Part shown: one piece after another, positions 62,011-64,000 of the stretch
How the letters are laid out: the number at the start of each line of letters is the position of its first letter
Numbering within the stretch: position 1 is the stretch's first letter
Source of the DNA: Scyliorhinus canicula
Taxonomy: Eukaryota
Direction of reading: 5' to 3'
Length of the DNA: 64,000 nucleotides
Assembly: GCF_902713615.1 (NCBI RefSeq)
Contig: NW_024056034.1
Location: forward strand, 1-64,000
Program-made: the position numbers and the translations under genes
Notes under the pieces: generated by a model
The model's input: the letters and a program-made list of their open reading frames with translations, nothing else
The model's database searches: none
What the model was told of the DNA's origin: nothing

Positions 62011-63073
62011 ACCATACGATGTAGGAGCAGAAGGTGGCAATTCGGCCCATGGAATATGATCTGTCATTCAATGAGATCGTGGCTGATCTAATAAATCCTC
62101 AACTCCACTTTCTTTTCCACCTTATCCCCATAATCCTTGATTCCCTTAGTAATGAAAAATCTGTCTGTCTCAGTCTTGGACATATTTATTGACCCGGCCT
62201 CTCCAATTCTCTGCACCATAGAATTACTCCCCTCTGAGAGACGAAATTCCTCTTCATCCACGTCTGAAATGAGCGACACCTCACTCTGAGATGGTGCCCT
62301 ACGGTCCCAGACTCTCCCACAAGCAGAAACAACCTCGAGCATCCACATTGTCAAGCTCCTTGAAAATACTACATATCTCAGTAAGTTCGCCTCTCATTCT
62401 TCAAAACGCCAATGCGTGTAGGTCTTCCCAACTTAGACATTCCTCATGTCAGTCTCTGTGGTGCAATTGGTCAACGTTTTTCGCTGCAAACCGAGAGGTC
62501 TGTGTTTCAAGACTTTCCACGGCCGGATTCTTCTCTATTTGATGACAGGAGCAGTAACGATGGGCCGAAGAACCTCTTTCTGTGCTGTGAAATTCCAGCT
62601 ACTGATGAAAATCCATCCGTACACGAGATTAACCTAATGAACCTTCTCTGGACTGCCTCCAAAATATCTATCCTGAGGTAAGGAGACCAAAACTGCTCAC
62701 ATCATTGCAATATGCCCTGGTGGAATTTGTATTCGAGTCTCTGGAGTAATAGTTCAGGCCTCCAGATTACCAGTCCAGTAATATATTGCGAAGCACCCCT
62801 AGGACTGTAATATCATCACATCTAAAAGATGGAGCAACTGAAACATAAAATACTCCTGCATTGGATCACATCTGGGTCATGGGCTCAGGTATCTGTTGTG
62901 AGAAGTGATATTGATTCCACTGAGACAAGACTGTTAACCTATCATGGTTTGCATGTTGACATTACATTCTGAAATATTGCTCAGTGTATCTAAAGTTCTT
63001 ATTCTGGGTGCAGCCTTACATGGGTCAATTTAATTTTCAGAGGCTAGTCTTTTCTTCGTCTTGTGTCTTATTC

Positions 63074-63298
63074 TTGTTATAAATTTAGAGTACCCAATTA
63101 TTTTTTTCCAAATCAAGGGGCAATTTAGCGCAGCCAATCCACCTACCCTGTACATCTTCGGGTTTTGGGGGTGAAACCCACGCAGACACGGGGAGGATGT
63201 GCAAACTTCACGCAGTCAGGGACCGAGAGTCGGGATCGAACCTGGTACCTCGGCACCGTGAGGCAGCAGTGCGAACAACTGCATGACCATGGTGCCCC
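63074..63298 (-). mobile_element. HE1-like SINE with 16-bp TSD, specific to copy B
   Basis: GTCTTGTGTCT(T/A)ATTC at 63058-73 and 63299-314. Confidence 0.8.
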
Positions 63299-63539
63299 GT
63301 CTTGTGTCTAATTCGGACACGATGGTAATGGTGAACGGTAATTCCACTGGCTCCATATAAATTGTCAGTAATTCCAAAAATAGCATCTGAACACAAGCAA
63401 GGCAGAAACATATATACAACTGGGTCTTCACACTGCATGAGCTGCACGGTCACATCGGTTGGAAGCTCGGATTGTTTTCCTTCGAACCGAGCAGTTTTTG
63501 GGAGGCGTGGTAAAAATGGTCAAAATTATGAATGGCTTT

Positions 63540-64000
63540 GTTTGATTAATTAGGAAGAAAGTTGATTCACTGGCAGGAGGGTCAGAAATCAGAAGACACT
63601 AATTTATGAAATATTAATTTCCCCCTCATTATAAACCTATCAAATTGTAAAAGGACTGGACAGGGAAGATGCAGAAAGGATGTGTCCGATGGCGGGGAAG
63701 GTAGAACCAGGGGTCACAATCTAAGGATACGGGGTAAACCATTTAATACTGAGATGAGGAGTAATATCTTCACCCTGGGAGTTGTGAACCTGTTGAATTC
63801 TCTACCACAGAACGACGTTGACTCCAAAGTATTGTATGTTTTCAAGGAGGAGTAAGATAAAGCTCTTGGGGATCAAAACTCTGAAGGGACCAAATGATAT
63901 GGCGGAAAGTGGGAACAGGTTACTAAGGTGGATGATCAGCCATGATCATAATGATAGCGGAGCAGGCTCGAAGGGCAGAATGGTCTACCCCAGCTCTATT
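63540..64000 (+). mobile_element. CR1-type LINE 3' end
   Basis: Homologous to 17370-17800 and the CR1 end at ~25.2-25.5 kb. Confidence 0.7.

Larger units (their letters stand above)
60110..63390 (+). repeat. Segmental duplication, copy B
   Basis: Collinear with 55075-58500. Confidence 0.85.

Noticed and set aside
44700-64000. A second VH, or IgW/IgNAR/light-chain segments, upstream
   Set aside because: No Ig-like ORF, YYC motif with RSS, or leader/V pair recognised; short decayed fragments could have been missed.

Overview
Vertebrate genomic DNA from a cartilaginous fish (shark; inferred from the Ig cluster layout, the Cmu sequence and the SINE repertoire). The main feature is one complete, germline (unrearranged), apparently intact IgM heavy-chain cluster on the minus strand: leader, VH (23-RSS), 12-D1-22, 12-D2-12, 23-JH, a ~15 kb J-C intron, Cmu1-Cmu4 with secretory tail, TM1 and TM2 (about 44.6 kb down to 19.2 kb). 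Downstream of it (1-19 kb) is a cluster of KRAB-less C2H2 zinc-finger genes: a + strand gene with 7 intact fingers and a decayed tail, a - strand gene with 9 fingers, and a truncated third paralogue, with two NRF1/GC-box promoters. The rest is tRNA-derived SINEs, CR1/L2/RTE/L1 LINE fragments, Penelope-like fold-back elements, many minisatellites and an old ~3.3 kb segmental duplication upstream of VH. The strongest lead is in the J-C intron just upstream of Cmu1: an AGCT-rich 29-bp array and a 20-bp array that is G-rich on the Ig sense strand, lying downstream of a sense-oriented L1 5' end. Together these resemble a switch region with a possible germline-transcript promoter. All coordinates were read by eye; exon and RSS boundaries were checked base by base, while repeat boundaries are approximate. 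No database searches were run.
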